This document shows positions 46,763 through 63,142 of a DNA stretch of 64,000 bases, in pieces. The DNA comes from Hormiphora californensis. Taxonomy: Eukaryota; Animalia; Ctenophora. The first letter of the stretch is position 1, and every line of letters starts with the position of its first letter. The notes beneath the pieces were generated by a model that made no database searches, was not told the origin of the DNA, and saw only the letters and a program-made list of their open reading frames with translations. Where the stretch lies: NCBI GenBank assembly GCA_020137815.1, contig CM035350.1, positions 124,001 through 188,000 of the forward strand, given 5' to 3'. Position numbers and translations under genes: made by a program.

Positions 46763-48494
46763 GGGGAGCCACAGGTAATATGGGATACCTAACTACTTTT
46801 GGCCATAATTTTTTTTCAGATGACAATAAAGTCACGCCGTCTTCATAGGTGTGCCTTATTTGGACTAGGCTAACACATTGCCACCAAAATTACCCCAACG
46901 AATACCCCACGACAGAGATCTGGCACTATCCCATATTACCTTGAAAATTTGCAGTGGAATTTTATTTTGGTGAAATGGGATACCCATTTTTAACGAAAAT
47001 GGGATATCCCATTTTGTCAAAAAATTGGTATCCCATTTTATCAAAATTAATTTTCCTCAAAATATGGTAACTTTAAGTTGCACTTTGCTTGGATTAAACT
47101 AGTTTGTAATGGTATTTAAGTTTTGTTTATAATTAGTAAATGGTCTGAAGGCCCTATAATAGCCGGCAGCCGTGAAATCATGAAAAGTTAGGAACAAGCT
47201 ACCTAATTTCTTCACCAACGGGTCCCTAAAGCCTCATTTTACACTACTAAGTTCAACAGGAGGGGTAAAAGCGTGAACAGGTTCATTTCCTAGCGGGGTT
47301 CTACCTGTATATAATTTCAGACAGGTCCAAAATTTAGAAATTCTCTAAAATTTGCTAAAGAATTGGGGACCAAAGAGTTGATCGTTAACACATAAATGTG
47401 GATAATATTTAGTAACTGCTAAACTAAGAAAGCTACACGGATACCAGAAACCTTTTGGTGTCTATATAGAAGATTAGATTAATGAGAATTGAATAAGTAT
47501 ATCCACACGTGTAGTCGTATTCTGCAGTTGTCACTCGGTGCATTTTTTTCAGAGAATACAAGTACAAGTTTTTTCGAGTTATGAACGAAAATAGGCTATA
47601 TTAATAATCGTAACTGAGAAGTTTGCGTTTAAAATGGCCGTTTAAACAGCCAAAATTTCAGTATCCCATTTTTCAAAAACATGTTTTGGAAAAATGGTAG
47701 TAGAATACCTTAGACTCCGCATCCGGTTCGCAATCCTGAGAGTGTGTCTGATAGCACTGCGAGGCACGCGAGTGAAAGTCCATCATGCACCAATAAACAA
47801 TGTGGACCTTAATCTTATTTGAACATTTGTTAGGGCTCCCCCCCATTTTTTAGAATTTATATTTTGTACAGTGTGTAGGTGTAAAGATAGATATACTTTA
47901 CTTCAAACAGCAATCCGACAATACCGGGTTCCATGATGGATACGAGGGTACTCTCGACACTTCGGTGTTGTACCACTTTGCAGGTTCACTCTGTGACCGA
48001 TCGTGGTGTGCGTTTATTATCTGAGACCCCGGTGTCGGATTGCTGTTTCACTTTGGAAAAATGGGATAGTTAAAATTTGGTAAAATGGGGTATCCCATTT
48101 CAGTAAAATAAAAGTATCCCATTATACCAAAATCATGAGTTTCTATAATTAGCTAATTATAATTAGACACGTTCATTCTGATGCTCTGATCTCTTCAGGT
48201 ATCGCTAATAAATATCTTGCTCATAAACTAAGCCAATCGATAATTTCTCAAAGAAACAGAGACGTGTGTACCAAATGAACAAAGTGGCCTGAATTTTTAC
48301 TTTCCTTATTTTAAGATGACGAGGGTGCTAGTGTACCATCTAAACACTTCCCACCAAGACTATAAACGGTTTCAGAACTAATCTAAGATCAATAATAAGA
48401 GTTATTAACTATTTATGAGCCTGTAACATGGCCAATCTTTTCAAAACACCGATTTCCCATTTTACCAAATTTCCCATATTACCTGTGGCTCCCC
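46763..48494. mobile_element. TA-flanked non-autonomous Tc1/pogo-type element
   Basis: TA|GGGGAGCCACAGGTAATATGGGA..TCCCATATTACCTGTGGCTCCCC|TA. The empty site is mirrored at 43152-43170. Confidence 0.85.
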
Positions 48495-48706
48495 TATCAC
48501 TGGGGGGTGTTATAAGTGAAAACTTATAACACTGGAGGGTGTTATAAGTGAAAACTTATAACACTGGGGGTGTTATAAGTTGTACAAGCAGTGCTACCTA
48601 AAGAATTATATTATATCTCAAAATCTTACAATGTAGAATGTAGTACTATAAAGTACGCACACCCCATAACCCCTAGTGTAAATAATGATAATATTTTCCT
48701 CTTCAG

Positions 48707-51700
48707 AGTTTCAATAGCAAGACACCAAGTTTGCTGTCTTCCCCCCGGAGTACTATGAAACCCCTGTCTACTGCACCACGCCTCGACTCAGACCAGCTGC
48801 AGCAGCACTATTCAGACTGCATCAAACTCAGCACAGAGAACAAGATAAATGCCAAAAATGCGTTTGGACTTCATTTATTGGAATACATTGAAACCATTAT
48901 CAGCGAAAAGAGTGACAATTTCCAGGTAAAGAAATAAGAATTACCGATGATTTGTTATTTAATGTCGTAGGAGTCATAACTTGTACCGTTCTCTCACAAT
49001 CAGAACGGTCCAAGCCAATACAAGTTGAAAGTTCGTATACAGAATTCTGTTCTCTTTTGACAGTAACGCGCGATGCTCTGCTCAGGGGCTACGTGGCGCG
49101 CATACCGCCCTTTCTTTCATATGAAATACATGACTTGCTGAGAGACGGCAATTTCTCATTTGCCGCATACGGCGTCTAGACGGCGTCGCAACGCCGTCTG
49201 GACGGGTTTCGGTGAAATCAGCTAAAAACGGTACCGAAATTGCTTGAGACGGGTTATAGACGGTATCAGACGGTCTCTAGACGGGTTATAGACGGTATCA
49301 GACGGTGTTTGAATCTCGCGATTCAGTTTCAAATACCGTCTAGACAACTTCTCCAGCAATTTCGATACGAATACCGTCTAAACAACGTCTCAAATAATGA
49401 TGTCTAGACTCGACCGTTTTGGATTACCCATGCCAGTTGGAATTAGTGGTAGATGTGTGCCTATTGAATGAAAATTACACATGTGTTTAACCAGCACAGT
49501 CTATGGCTGATACTATCAGTGATCGATAGTGTCGGTTATGAAACGTTGTTTAGACGGTATCTGTATCGGATTCGCTTAAGACGTTGTCTAGACGTTGTTT
49601 AGACGGTATTCGTATCGAAATTGCTGGAGAAGTTGTCTAGACGGTATTTTAAACTGAATCGCGAGATTCTGTTTAGACGTTGTTTAGACGGTATGTTGAC
49701 CGGTTTCAGTTGAGACGTTGTCTAGACGGTACTTTCATCGATTTTCCTTTAGACTGCGTTGAGACGTACTTTTAAAACTCCGTCTGAAATACAGACGGAG
49801 TTCTAAAAGTCCGTCTCAACGTCTGGTACAATTTTCAGACGTGCCGTCTCAACTTCGGACGGATACCGTCTAGACACCGTCCAGACACCGTCTAGACACC
49901 GGGACGGTACCGTCTAGAGACCGTCTGATACCGTCGCAACACCGTCTGATACCGTCTATAACCCGTCTAGAGACCGTCTGATACCGTCTATAACCCGTCT
50001 CAAGCAATTTCGGTACCGTTTTTAGCTGATTTCACCGAAACCCGTCTAGACACCGTCTAGACGGCGTTGCGACGCCGTCTAGACGCCGTATGCGGCAAAT
50101 GAGAAATTGCCCTGAGAGACGACAGTATACATTGTCACTACTCACTTGTATTGCAGTACACGGTCTACACTGTTTTGCCTATTAGCTATATTCTACTTTC
50201 AGGTTGTCGGGTGCACAATAGACGCTGGTGCGAAGATATACGCTGGCAGGGTAGACGCAGTTCACAGCGATATGCTCAAAATGGTGGGGTCAATTACTGC
50301 CGACGCTACTGCAGTTTCCTCCTCTCAGGGTTCACACAATGGTGAGTGTTACAACTCACTCAGGTATCAATGTGACCAATGTTACAACCAGTTAACTGTC
50401 TTATTTTGGCTATTTTGAAACTGTCATAATTTGGCTAATCTCCAGCAGATGAATCGATGGTTCAAGGGGAAGGTGAGGATGAAGAAGTTGGGAAGAAGAA
50501 AAAGAAAAAGAAGTCACTTTGTGAAGGACGAACTATAGAGAAAAACTTAGCGAACATCAGGCAGAGTTTCTATGATCTAAGTTTTGATGTTGATCCACTA
50601 CTACAGGTAATTGGTTAGAGAATTGGTCAACTTTCAGCATCAAGTTTCAGGTATGAAATACTTACTTCTGTTACTTCTCTGTCGTTTGCCTGCTACTGCT
50701 CGTCTGATCGGGATGTGGATTTCAATATGAAAAAATATCTAACCAAATCTTGTATTTTTTCAGAAATCAGCTCGACAGTCAGATGAACAATGCAGTGCTG
50801 CTCTCATCTCTTACAACACGCCCATGAAGAACGGTCAACTTCTCTTTGACTCTTCTGCAGTCCTTTACACTCATACAGAGAGCAGTGACCCCTCCCCCTT
50901 GGTGGATATGGGGCTTCTAACTCTGCCCTCATCATTAAGTGGGCCCTTCAGTGAACCTGCTGCTTTGCCTGCCAGCCAGGAGAGTTGTACAGAAGGCCTT
51001 GTGGAACCTGTAGTACCCGGTATTGACGCAATGGAAGAAGATGAGATGGGTGATGACATGGGGGGCTGTTCAGATCAATCTGATATCGAGGACACCCAAC
51101 CCCCTCAAAAGATGACAATTGATCAGTTGGCGTTGGCCCTTGAACCCTCTGAGTTTGGTTATTTCAACCCGCGGTTAGCTAACATGTGGGCAGGACCAGC
51201 ACACTGGAAACTGAAGCCAGTCTCGAGTAGCAAAGAGAAGGGAGAGAGAAAGAAGAAGGTGACCGTTGTACACGCTTTTAACCAGACTCCTGATGATCTC
51301 TTAAAGCATTTTATCAAATCGAGAGCGAAGACAACCCTTGCTAACGAGACCATTCGAAGCAATCAGCTGTCCTCTAACATCTTGCCAGTAGATATCAGGT
51401 ACGAAGAGTCTAACCTGAGGAGAGTGTCTATGTTGCCACTGTGGCGGGGTCGTTTCGCACCCTCTACCGAGAAAATAGTTAGCAGCGGTGGGGGAGCAGC
51501 TGAAGGGGACAAGAGTTGGTACAACTATGAGAACCCCCACGACACCAGCAACTACTGCCCCAATACTGCTGAAGAGAGCGACAGTGACGGCGGAGGAGGT
51601 GTTGATTTTGGTGATGTTGAGAGACATGGTGCAGTGATTGGTGGTATTGAGTTGATAGAAGCAGCACCTGCTGTTGAAAGAATTCATATCAACTACGCCA

Positions 51701-52658
51701 AAAAAGCCAAAAAGATCGACATCAAAATGCTGAAAGGTGCAATGTGGGGCAATCTATCAACGAAAAGCGGTAAGTTGCTGAATTCACAAAATTAGGTTTT
51801 ACCGTTATTTTAGCTATGATAGACTCTTGGAAGAACTAAATGTGATTACTAATAACCATCCTGTTTCAGATTCGATGAAGACTGGTGCAGTGGAGATCGA
51901 GAAGAAGACATTTTCCCAAACCTACAAGAAGCTTCCTAACGGGGTATGATTTATAAAACAAATATTGTAATTTGTGATAAACATTTGATATCGTCTCTAG
52001 CTACATTCTCACATTCTCTCTCACACAACACACGGACAGAGTGCAGATCCCGGGTGTGGAAATATTTTTTGTTAATTATTATGGATCCCAGGGGTGGTGG
52101 AACCGTGGATCGTAGCTGAGGAGCTGGGATTTTGGCCAAAATGAGCTCAAAACACTGGCTTAAATTCACCCTAAACTTCAAATTTTTTCGGGCTCGGCCC
52201 AAATTCGAAAAACGATAGTATGTACCTCAAACAATGAAAAGTGAACCATCGACTGTTTGGCTAAAATCCTAAACTTTTTTCGGGCTCCACTATCGCTCCG
52301 CCCAAATTATGGAATTTGCACTAGTCATCACAAAAAGTTTTGGTCAACCCCTCCTCCTACCCCTCCTCCTACTCCCCTACTCCTCCCCTGAGTACCTCAG
52401 CCCTATACCCAGCCGGAAAATAGCTAAACATTGAGCTTGCTCAATGCGTGTGTGTGTGTGTTTTAAAATAATTCCGCCACCCCGATCAGATCTGATTCAT
52501 GATAATTAACACACATTTTATTTTAGTTATCGGAGTCAGTGGCGGAGAATCTTTCTGTCCCCATCGCATTCTCCTGTCTTCTCCATCTCGCTAACGAGCA
52601 CGGACTTGCTTTATTGGACAAGAAAGACCTTAGCGATATTCACATCTCATTGTCCTAG
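48707..52658 (+). CDS. NCAPH: Condensin complex subunit 2 (CAP-H/Barren kleisin); exons 48707-48925, 50203-50341, 50446-50606, 50764-51769, 51870-51943, 52527-52658
   Basis: [24 protein letters not shown]; [24 protein letters not shown]; FDVDPL; WAGPAHWK; [16 protein letters not shown]; [16 protein letters not shown]. All GT-AG junctions are in phase. Confidence 0.93.
49147..50111. mobile_element. Intronic foldback MITE rich in GTCTAGAC palindromes
   Basis: GGCAATTTCTCATTTGCCGCATAC TIRs, 9-bp TSD CTGAGAGAC (49138-49146 / 50112-50120). Confidence 0.9.
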
Positions 52659-52909
52659 GTATATGCAATAACAAACTCTAAATATTATACTTTGTTAAAA
52701 TAGGAGTTATTCTGCAAATTAACTAAATTCAGTTCTCTCAAGATAAATTTGCTTATTGTTTCGATTCGAATCTATGGAATTTTGGACCTGAGGGCTAATA
52801 CGGTTTGAAACTCTGGGAAGGCTAGGCCTGGTGTTTAGAAGAAATAAAAACATCGGGTTTCGGTGTATAACAAAACGACAACATAAATTGAAAGCACGCA
52901 ATTACACAC

Positions 52910-54070
52910 TTATACGTTTCCTTTTGAATTGTTTTTGCACTCCTCCTCGTCTCCCACATCCACACACCTCTCCATTGTTTTTAGTTGCAGTATTGTGCCG
53001 GACCTGCACAGGGTTGGATTCTCGAATATAACATGCATGCTCATGCCCCGAGTTAAGGGGTTCGTGGCCATGGTGCTCCTGGTGTAACTGGCACGTCTCA
53101 ACTCAGGGTGGAGAGCAATGCGGAGAGCATTTGTCCGTGCCACAATGACACAGGGATTAAAAGCACTTGTTAATATTGGCAACATGTAGTGGTTAACAAG
53201 CTTGAAATCGATATTCACCACCTGGTAAAATGCTACAAAGTTGCTGATTATTGACGTTACATAAGGCACATTCATTATCAGGATGGTAGTACAACCTTTC
53301 AACTTCCTAGCCCCCTCTGTGTTGCCTACCATTATGCAGCGGAGGTAGAGAACTGTTGCGAAACTGCATACTATACCAATAAAGCAGTGAAGAACATTCA
53401 TGACGAAGCACACAAACTTGTTTAGAGTCTCAAGAGTAAGAACACTTAGATCAAGATGGTTGTTGTGGTGGTTGCTATGGTTACCATGTGCCTCATTATG
53501 GGTCTCATTTGCGTGTCTTACCGACCTGTGAATATCCATTCCATCCGCTATGCGCTGGTGGTCCTTGATACCCGTTATTATGAGGCTCCCTGCGTTGCCA
53601 AAGGACATGTAGATAGCGTAGAAGATGAGATATGCAAGGACAAGTTTGAAGCGAACCTGAAGGAAAGGTCTGATGATACTGATCATCCTAGTGACTGCCA
53701 GCATGGTGGTGGTAACCTGACTGATGCACCCAAATGTACAGCTGAAGAACTCTGGCAGCTGGTTTACAAATGTGTACTTAAACTGTACCCGAGACAAAAA
53801 CACATAAGCCATGAAAATAGTGGGCACGAGGTTGGTCATGAAGTCCGTGACTGCTATGACTTTGAACAAGAAGTTTTGTATTGTCTTGTTCTTGTAGGTG
53901 TAGGAGTAGTAAATGAGAGGGTTAAGAATAGTAGAAATTAGGAAACACCCTACCATGAACACTCCAAACACGTAGTTAAGTAGGGTGTTATAGTGTGTCG
54001 GCGCTCCAAAGTCAAATGTCATGTTGCTAGGTATCCTGCTGAGGAGGGATCCTGACAAGGGGGAAACCAT
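52910..54070 (-). CDS. Intronless rhodopsin-like 7TM GPCR
   Basis: Seven hydrophobic segments; LN (TM1), AVTD (TM2), AVTR..I..PF in place of DRY, VPY (TM6), SAFNP (TM7). Confidence 0.85.
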   Translation of the reverse strand: MVSPLSGSLLSRIPSNMTFDFGAPTHYNTLLNYVFGVFMVGCFLISTILNPLIYYSYTYKNKTIQNFLFKVIAVTDFMTNLVPTIFMAYVFLSRVQFKYTFVNQLPEFFSCTFGCISQVTTTMLAVTRMISIIRPFLQVRFKLVLAYLIFYAIYMSFGNAGSLIITGIKDHQRIADGMDIHRSVRHANETHNEAHGNHSNHHNNHLDLSVLTLETLNKFVCFVMNVLHCFIGIVCSFATVLYLRCIMVGNTEGARKLKGCTTILIMNVPYVTSIISNFVAFYQVVNIDFKLVNHYMLPILTSAFNPCVIVARTNALRIALHPELRRASYTRSTMATNPLTRGMSMHVIFENPTLCRSGTILQLKTMERCVDVGDEEECKNNSKGNV

Positions 54071-54624
54071 GATGTGAGAAAGGGAATAATCTTCAAACTA
54101 CTAATTATATGAATAGAGAAAGGCACGGAGATAAAGACTAATGGCAGAGTAAAATCATTAGAGTCATACGACGGCAGGCACGCTTTGGTAATCGCTTTGA
54201 GATATCAGATCAGAACTACTCAAGAACACATCATCACTGTCAGAGCATTGGCCGGACAGCATCATCATGTAACTCAAACTTGCCGAATTGTTTAGTGCAA
54301 TTCTTCCAAATTTATCAAATATCTGTACAGGAGTAAAGGGAACAGATTCCATATGGCTTACCCCTAGATTTATCAACATCAGAGATTCATCAGAAAATTG
54401 CCAAACAAATGTTATCACCTACCACTACTGCTGGCTCCAATCAAATATAAAGAGATGTATCATGAGCTTATTGGGGCGAAAGGTTCCAGAGAAAAGGGGG
54501 TAGTGAAATATGGTGAGGCTGAAAGGGAGGGAGATTTTGAGACAACAACTGATGAGCGACCCTTGCCAGTGGCAGTGTAACAAGTCAATTTTCTCCATGG
54601 ATCATATGATTTTAGCTCTCTCCC

Positions 54625-54680
<56 letters not shown>

Positions 54681-55987
54681 CCTCTCTCTTTCTCTCTCTC
54701 CCTAATTCGCAGTTGCATGCATGGATAATCAACACAAAGAGCTACAATCTGACACGTCTCAATCACATAAACTGCTTATAATCGGACGCATAAGGGAGTG
54801 TGTGAGAGGGGAGAGAGAGTCACAGTGTGTGTGCGAGAGGGAGAGAGCAAAAAATGTTACTATTTACATAGAATACTTAGAGGATACGGTCGAACTAGTG
54901 TGAGAAAGAAAGGGGGGAACAGTTGTTAAAAGAATGCTTTATGTTCATCCATTTTACATTCGACTTATTTCATTCTTATTATATAGACTATACATCTCTT
55001 CGGGTTGTCCTACTTCTAGCAGGGGTTATTAGTTACTACAACTACTAAATTGGGTACTAGCTGTCGATTCTAGAAAGTATTATATCGCACCACCAACAAC
55101 AAATAATTTGCAGTAAAAAAGGGTGCACTGCGGGGGCTTGTTGAGTAAGCGGGGGCTGTAATTTGTACTGAGCACATGCCACTTGTTTACTGTTCAAAAT
55201 TAGTTAACGAGAGTTGAGAGAGAGAAAATGCGTGTGAGAGAGAGGGAGAGAGAGTGAAAGAGAGGGAGAGAACCCGAGAAATTGGGGTGTCAGAACAAGC
55301 GTTCTGTTTGAAAATTATTGCCATGTACAGCTAGCATTCTAATAAAGCTAAGGTATTTTGTGCATACCGACCTGTTTACAATTTATATCAAGTTCAACAT
55401 GGCTTAAAGCATGTGCTATTTGTACAATAATGAATTCATGAAGTGATGTTCATACACATGTTTGATAAATGTGGTCAGATTTGACTTGGCTTCACTTCAA
55501 ATTCAGACATCGCCAGTACAATAGCAAACAAAGGTAGAGGAACACTGACTGTATATTTGATCTCTCTTTCACTCTCTTTCCATCTTTATCTCAGACTTCT
55601 TTTCTCATCATGTCTACCTTTGCTTTTGGTCTATTTCATTAATTAGTGCAGCAGCAATGACGTAACGATCATACATTTGGCTTCATGCCCTCACATGAAG
55701 TACCTAGCTTAGGCGTGGCAGATATCTACCACTCGTCTGGCCCAGGCCTAAATCAGAGAGACACAGAGACAGAGAGATAGTCCGTTTTTTGCTTAAAATG
55801 TAGGGCGGACTCTAAGTCTAAACAGGGGACGCTAAGTCCAAAAAACAACGAATGTCTAAGATCGTATAGATTCAGATAGCACACACATATTGTGGTGGTA
55901 GACAATAGCCATAATGCATGGTAGCATTGCATTGCTGATCAAGCTGCATATTATATGAGACACGGGTCATACTGGAGAAGAGCATGC

Positions 55988-58950
55988 TGAAGAGAACACA
56001 CCTGTTGTTAGGAGGGGGTGATACTGTTGGATCTTGAAGAGAACACACCTTTACCTGTTGTTAGGAGGGGGTGATACTGTTGGATCTTGAAGAGAACACA
56101 CTTTTACCTGTTGTTAGGAGGGGGTGATACTGTTGGATCTTGAAGAGAACACACCTTTACCTGTTGTTAGGAGGGGGTGATACTGTTGGATCTTGAAGAG
56201 AACACACCTTTACCTGTTGTTAGGAGGGGGTGATACTGTTGGATCTTGAAGAGAACACACCTTTACCTGTTGTTAGGAGGGGGTGATACTGTTGGATCTT
56301 GAAGAGAACACACCTTTACCTGTTGTTAGGAGGGGGTGATACTGTTGGATCTTGAAGAGAACACACCTTTACCTGTTGTTAGGAGGGGGTGATACTGTTG
56401 GATCTTGAAGAGAACACACCTTTACCTGTTGTTAGGAGGGGGTGATACTGTTGGATCTTGAAGAGAACACACCTTTACCTGTTGTTAGGAGGGGGTGATA
56501 CTGTTGGATCTTGAAGAGAACACACCTTTACCTGTTGTTAGGAGGAGGTGATACTGTTGGATCTTGAAGAGAACACACCTTTACCTGTTGTTAGGAGGGG
56601 GTGATACTGTTGGATCTTGAAGAGAACACACCTTTACCTGTTGTTAGGAGGAGGTGATACTGTTGGATCTTGAAGAGAACACACCTTTACCTGTTGTTAG
56701 GAGGGGGTGATACTGTTGGATCTTGAAGAGAACACACCTTTACCTGTTGTTAGGAGGGGGTGATACTGTTGGATCTTGAAGAGAACACACCTTTACCTGT
56801 TGTTAGGAGGAGGGTGATACTGTTGGATCTTGAAGAGAACACACCTTTACCTGTTGTTAGGAGGGGGTGATACTGTTGGATCTTGAAGAGAACACACCTT
56901 TACCTGTTGTTAGGAGGAGGTGATACTGTTGGATCTTGAAGAGAACACACCTTTACCTGTTGTTAGGAGGGGGTGATACTGTTGGATCTTGAAGAGAACA
57001 CACCTTTACCTGTTGTTAGGAGGAGGTGATACTGTTGGATCTTGAAGAGAACACACCTTTACCTGTTGTTAGGAGGGGGTGATACTGTTGGATCTTGAAG
57101 AGAACACACCTTTACCTGTTGTTAGGAGGGGGTGATACTGTTGGATCTTGAAGAGAACACACCTTTACCTGTTGTTAGGAGGGGGTGATACTGTTGGATC
57201 TTGAAGAGAACACACCTTTACCTGTTGTTAGGAGGAGGTGATACTGTTGGATCTTGAAGAGAACACACCTTTACCTGTTGTTAGGAGGGGGTGATACTGT
57301 TGGATCTTGAAGAGAACACACCTTTACCTGTTGTTAGGAGGGGGTGATACTGTTGGATCTTGAAGAGAACACACCTTTACCTGTTGTTAGGAGGGGGTGA
57401 TACTGTTGGATCTTGAAGAAAACACACCTTTACCTGTTGTTAGGAGGGGGTGATACTGTTGGATCTTGAAGAAAACACACCTTTACCTGTTGTTAGGAGG
57501 GGGTGATACTGTTGGATCTTGAAGAGAACACACCTTTACCTGTTGTTAGGAGGGGGTGATACTGTTGGATCTTGAAGAGAACACACCTTTACCTGTTGTT
57601 AGGAGGGGGTGATACTGTTGGATCTTGAAGAGAACACACCTTTACCTGTTGTTAGGAGGGGGTGATACTGTTGGATCTTGAAGAGAACACACCTTTACCT
57701 GTTGTTAGGAGGGGGTGATACTGTTGGATCTTGAAGAGAACACACCTTTACCTGTTGTTAGGAGGGGGTGATACTGTTGGATCTTGAAGAGAACACACCT
57801 TTACCTGTTGTTAGGAGGGGGTGATACTGTTGGATCTTGAAGAGAACACACCTTTACCTGTTGTTAGGAGGGGGTGATACTGTTGGATCTTGAAGAGAAC
57901 ACACCTTTACCTGTTGTTAGGAGGGGGTGATACTGTTGGATCTTGAAGAGAACACACCTTTACCTGTTGTTAGGAGGGAGGTGATACTGTTGGATCTTGA
58001 AGAGAACACACCTTTACCTGTTGTTAGGAGGGGGTGATACTGTTGGATCTTGAAGAGAACACACCTTTACCTGTTGTTAGGAGGGGGTGATACTGTTGGA
58101 TCTTGAAGAGAACACACCTTTACCTGTTGTTAGGAGGGGGTGATACTGTTGGATCTTGAAGAGAACACACCTTTACCTGTTGTTAGGAGGGGGTGATACT
58201 GTTGGATCTTGAAGAGAACACACCTTTACCTGTTGTTAGGAGGAGGGTGATACTGTTGGATCTTGAAGAGAACACACCTTTACCTGTTGTTAGGAGGAGG
58301 TGATACTGTTGGATCTTGAAGAGAACACACCTTTACCTGTTGTTAGGAGGGGGTGATACTGTTGGATCTTGAAGAGAACACACCTTTACCTGTTGTTAGG
58401 AGGGGGTGATACTGTTGGATCTTGAAGAGAACACACCTTTACCTGTTGTTAGGAGGAGGTGATACTGTTGGATCTTGAAGAGAACACACCTTTACCTGTT
58501 GTTAGGAGGGGGTGATACTGTTGGATCTTGAAGAGAACACACCTTTACCTGTTGTTAGGAGGGGGTGATACTGTTGGATCTTGAAGAGAACACACCTTTA
58601 CCTGTTGTTAGGAGGGGGTGATACTGTTGGATCTTGAAGAGAACACACCTTTACCTGTTGTTAGGAGGGGGTGATACTGTTGGATCTTGAAGAGAACACA
58701 CCTTTACCTGTTGTTAGGAGGGGGTGATACTGTTGGATCTTGAAGAGAACACACCTTTACCTGTTGTTAGGAGGAGTTGATACTGTTGGATCTTGAAGAG
58801 AACACACCTTTACCTGTTGTTAGGAGGGGGTGATACTGTTGGATCTTGAAGAGAACACACCTTAACCTGTTGTTAGGAGGGGGTGATACTGTTGGATCTT
58901 GAAGAGAACACACCTTTACCTGTTGTTAGGAGGGGTGATACTGTTTGATC
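55988..58950. repeat. 53-bp satellite, ~56 nearly identical copies
   Basis: Unit TTGAAGAGAACACACCTTTACCTGTTGTTAGGAGGGGGTGATACTGTTGGATC. Confidence 0.95.
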
Positions 58951-59011
58951 TCCGATGCAGAAGCATTTCAAAATCGGAAAACATTTTGTTGACAGATAGG
59001 AAACTAGAAAA

Positions 59012-61986
<2,975 letters not shown>

Positions 61987-62255
61987 CAAATACTTTTGAA
62001 GAAAAGAGAAAATAAATGCCTGTCAGTTAGATGTTGAAATATAATCTAAACAATTAACTACTAAAATTGTATTACTACTAACATTTGATTGACAATTCGT
62101 TACTGACTGTATCTCATATCTCCACATGAAACTAGGGGCTTCACTACTGCTCATGTTGCTAGCATGACTATGACAGACAGTTTTCCCGACACTGCTGAAA
62201 AGCTCACTGTCTCACATGATATATTTTATTGAACCATTGTATTCAAATTGAACAA

Positions 62256-62870
62256 CTACTTCATAAGAATCAACTGTCCTGCTGAGGGGTCTTCATTTTC
62301 ATCATACATTGGATTATAGATTGTGACTAAGGGCCCCATTCCGCATATCAGCCCTCTATTTTTCTGAACATGAACTTTCTCAACACCGATAAGAGTCTCT
62401 GTTTCACCCCTTGCTAGCACCAGGAATCGATGCTGTCTTTGTAGTTCTCGGTGTTTCCTCCAGAGAACGGTGCCCATAAATACCATGCCACCCAGGAGTA
62501 CCCCGAGTAGAGACACCATCACCAGAAGTAGCTCCTCCCTGCCCTGGGAGCGTCTGGAGATATGAACCCTTGTCACCAGTGGCTCAGGCTGGCTCTCCCA
62601 GGGGGACCGCCCAGGATTCTGGATTACAACACCCCGAGGTACAACTGCCTGCTCCTCTGAGGGCTCAGGGCTGGGCAACTCACACAACCTTACTTCCCGG
62701 TCACTTTCTTGACCACTCACACACTCCGATCTCACCCTAATCCTCTCTCCAATATTTTGTTCAGTGTACCAATCGCTCTCACTGATAGTGCATTCAGACC
62801 ACTCAGTCCAGGAATCATCGCATGCTCCTGCCATACCACTCACCATTAGATAACACAACAGTACAAGCAT
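62256..62870 (-). CDS. Small type-I membrane protein with one TSP1 repeat and a cytoplasmic NPxY
   Basis: Signal peptide; WTEWSEC..GERIRVRSEC..REVRLC; TM LLLVMVSLLGVLLGGMVFMGTVLW followed by RKHR; YNPMY. Confidence 0.75.
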   Translation of the reverse strand: MLVLLCYLMVSGMAGACDDSWTEWSECTISESDWYTEQNIGERIRVRSECVSGQESDREVRLCELPSPEPSEEQAVVPRGVVIQNPGRSPWESQPEPLVTRVHISRRSQGREELLLVMVSLLGVLLGGMVFMGTVLWRKHRELQRQHRFLVLARGETETLIGVEKVHVQKNRGLICGMGPLVTIYNPMYDENEDPSAGQLILMK

Positions 62871-63088
62871 TTTACAAAATATACCAATGTAACATGAACC
62901 TTTCTAAGACTCGTGAGCTTGGTCACCATACTTTTCCTACCTCTCTCCTCTCTACCTCTATCTTTTTCTATCTCTCTTTCTCTCTCTATCTCTTTCTCTC
63001 TACATCTTTCTCTCAGTGTCTCTATCTCTCTACCTCTTTCTCTCTCTATCTCCCTCTCTTTATCTCACCCTCTCTCTTTGTCTCTTTG

Positions 63089-63142
<54 letters not shown>

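Larger units (their letters stand above)
1883..48633. mobile_element. Non-autonomous TIR element whose left arm appears split by ~41 kb (left arm 1883-1949 plus 43085-43229; right arm 46670-46762 plus 48495-48633)
   Basis: CATTGTAAAATTTTGAGATAATATAATTCTTTAGGTAGCACTGCTTGTACAACTTATAACACCCCC at 1883 is the reverse complement of 48566-48633. 43085-43229 is the reverse complement of the rest of the right arm. No clean TSD found. Confidence 0.55.

Noticed and set aside
53456-53941. 161-aa + strand ORF (also 51301-51687 on the - strand)
   Set aside because: Antisense shadows of the GPCR and CAP-H coding sequences.
55988-58950. 53-bp array as a CRISPR
   Set aside because: Units are head-to-tail with no unique spacers; it is a plain satellite.
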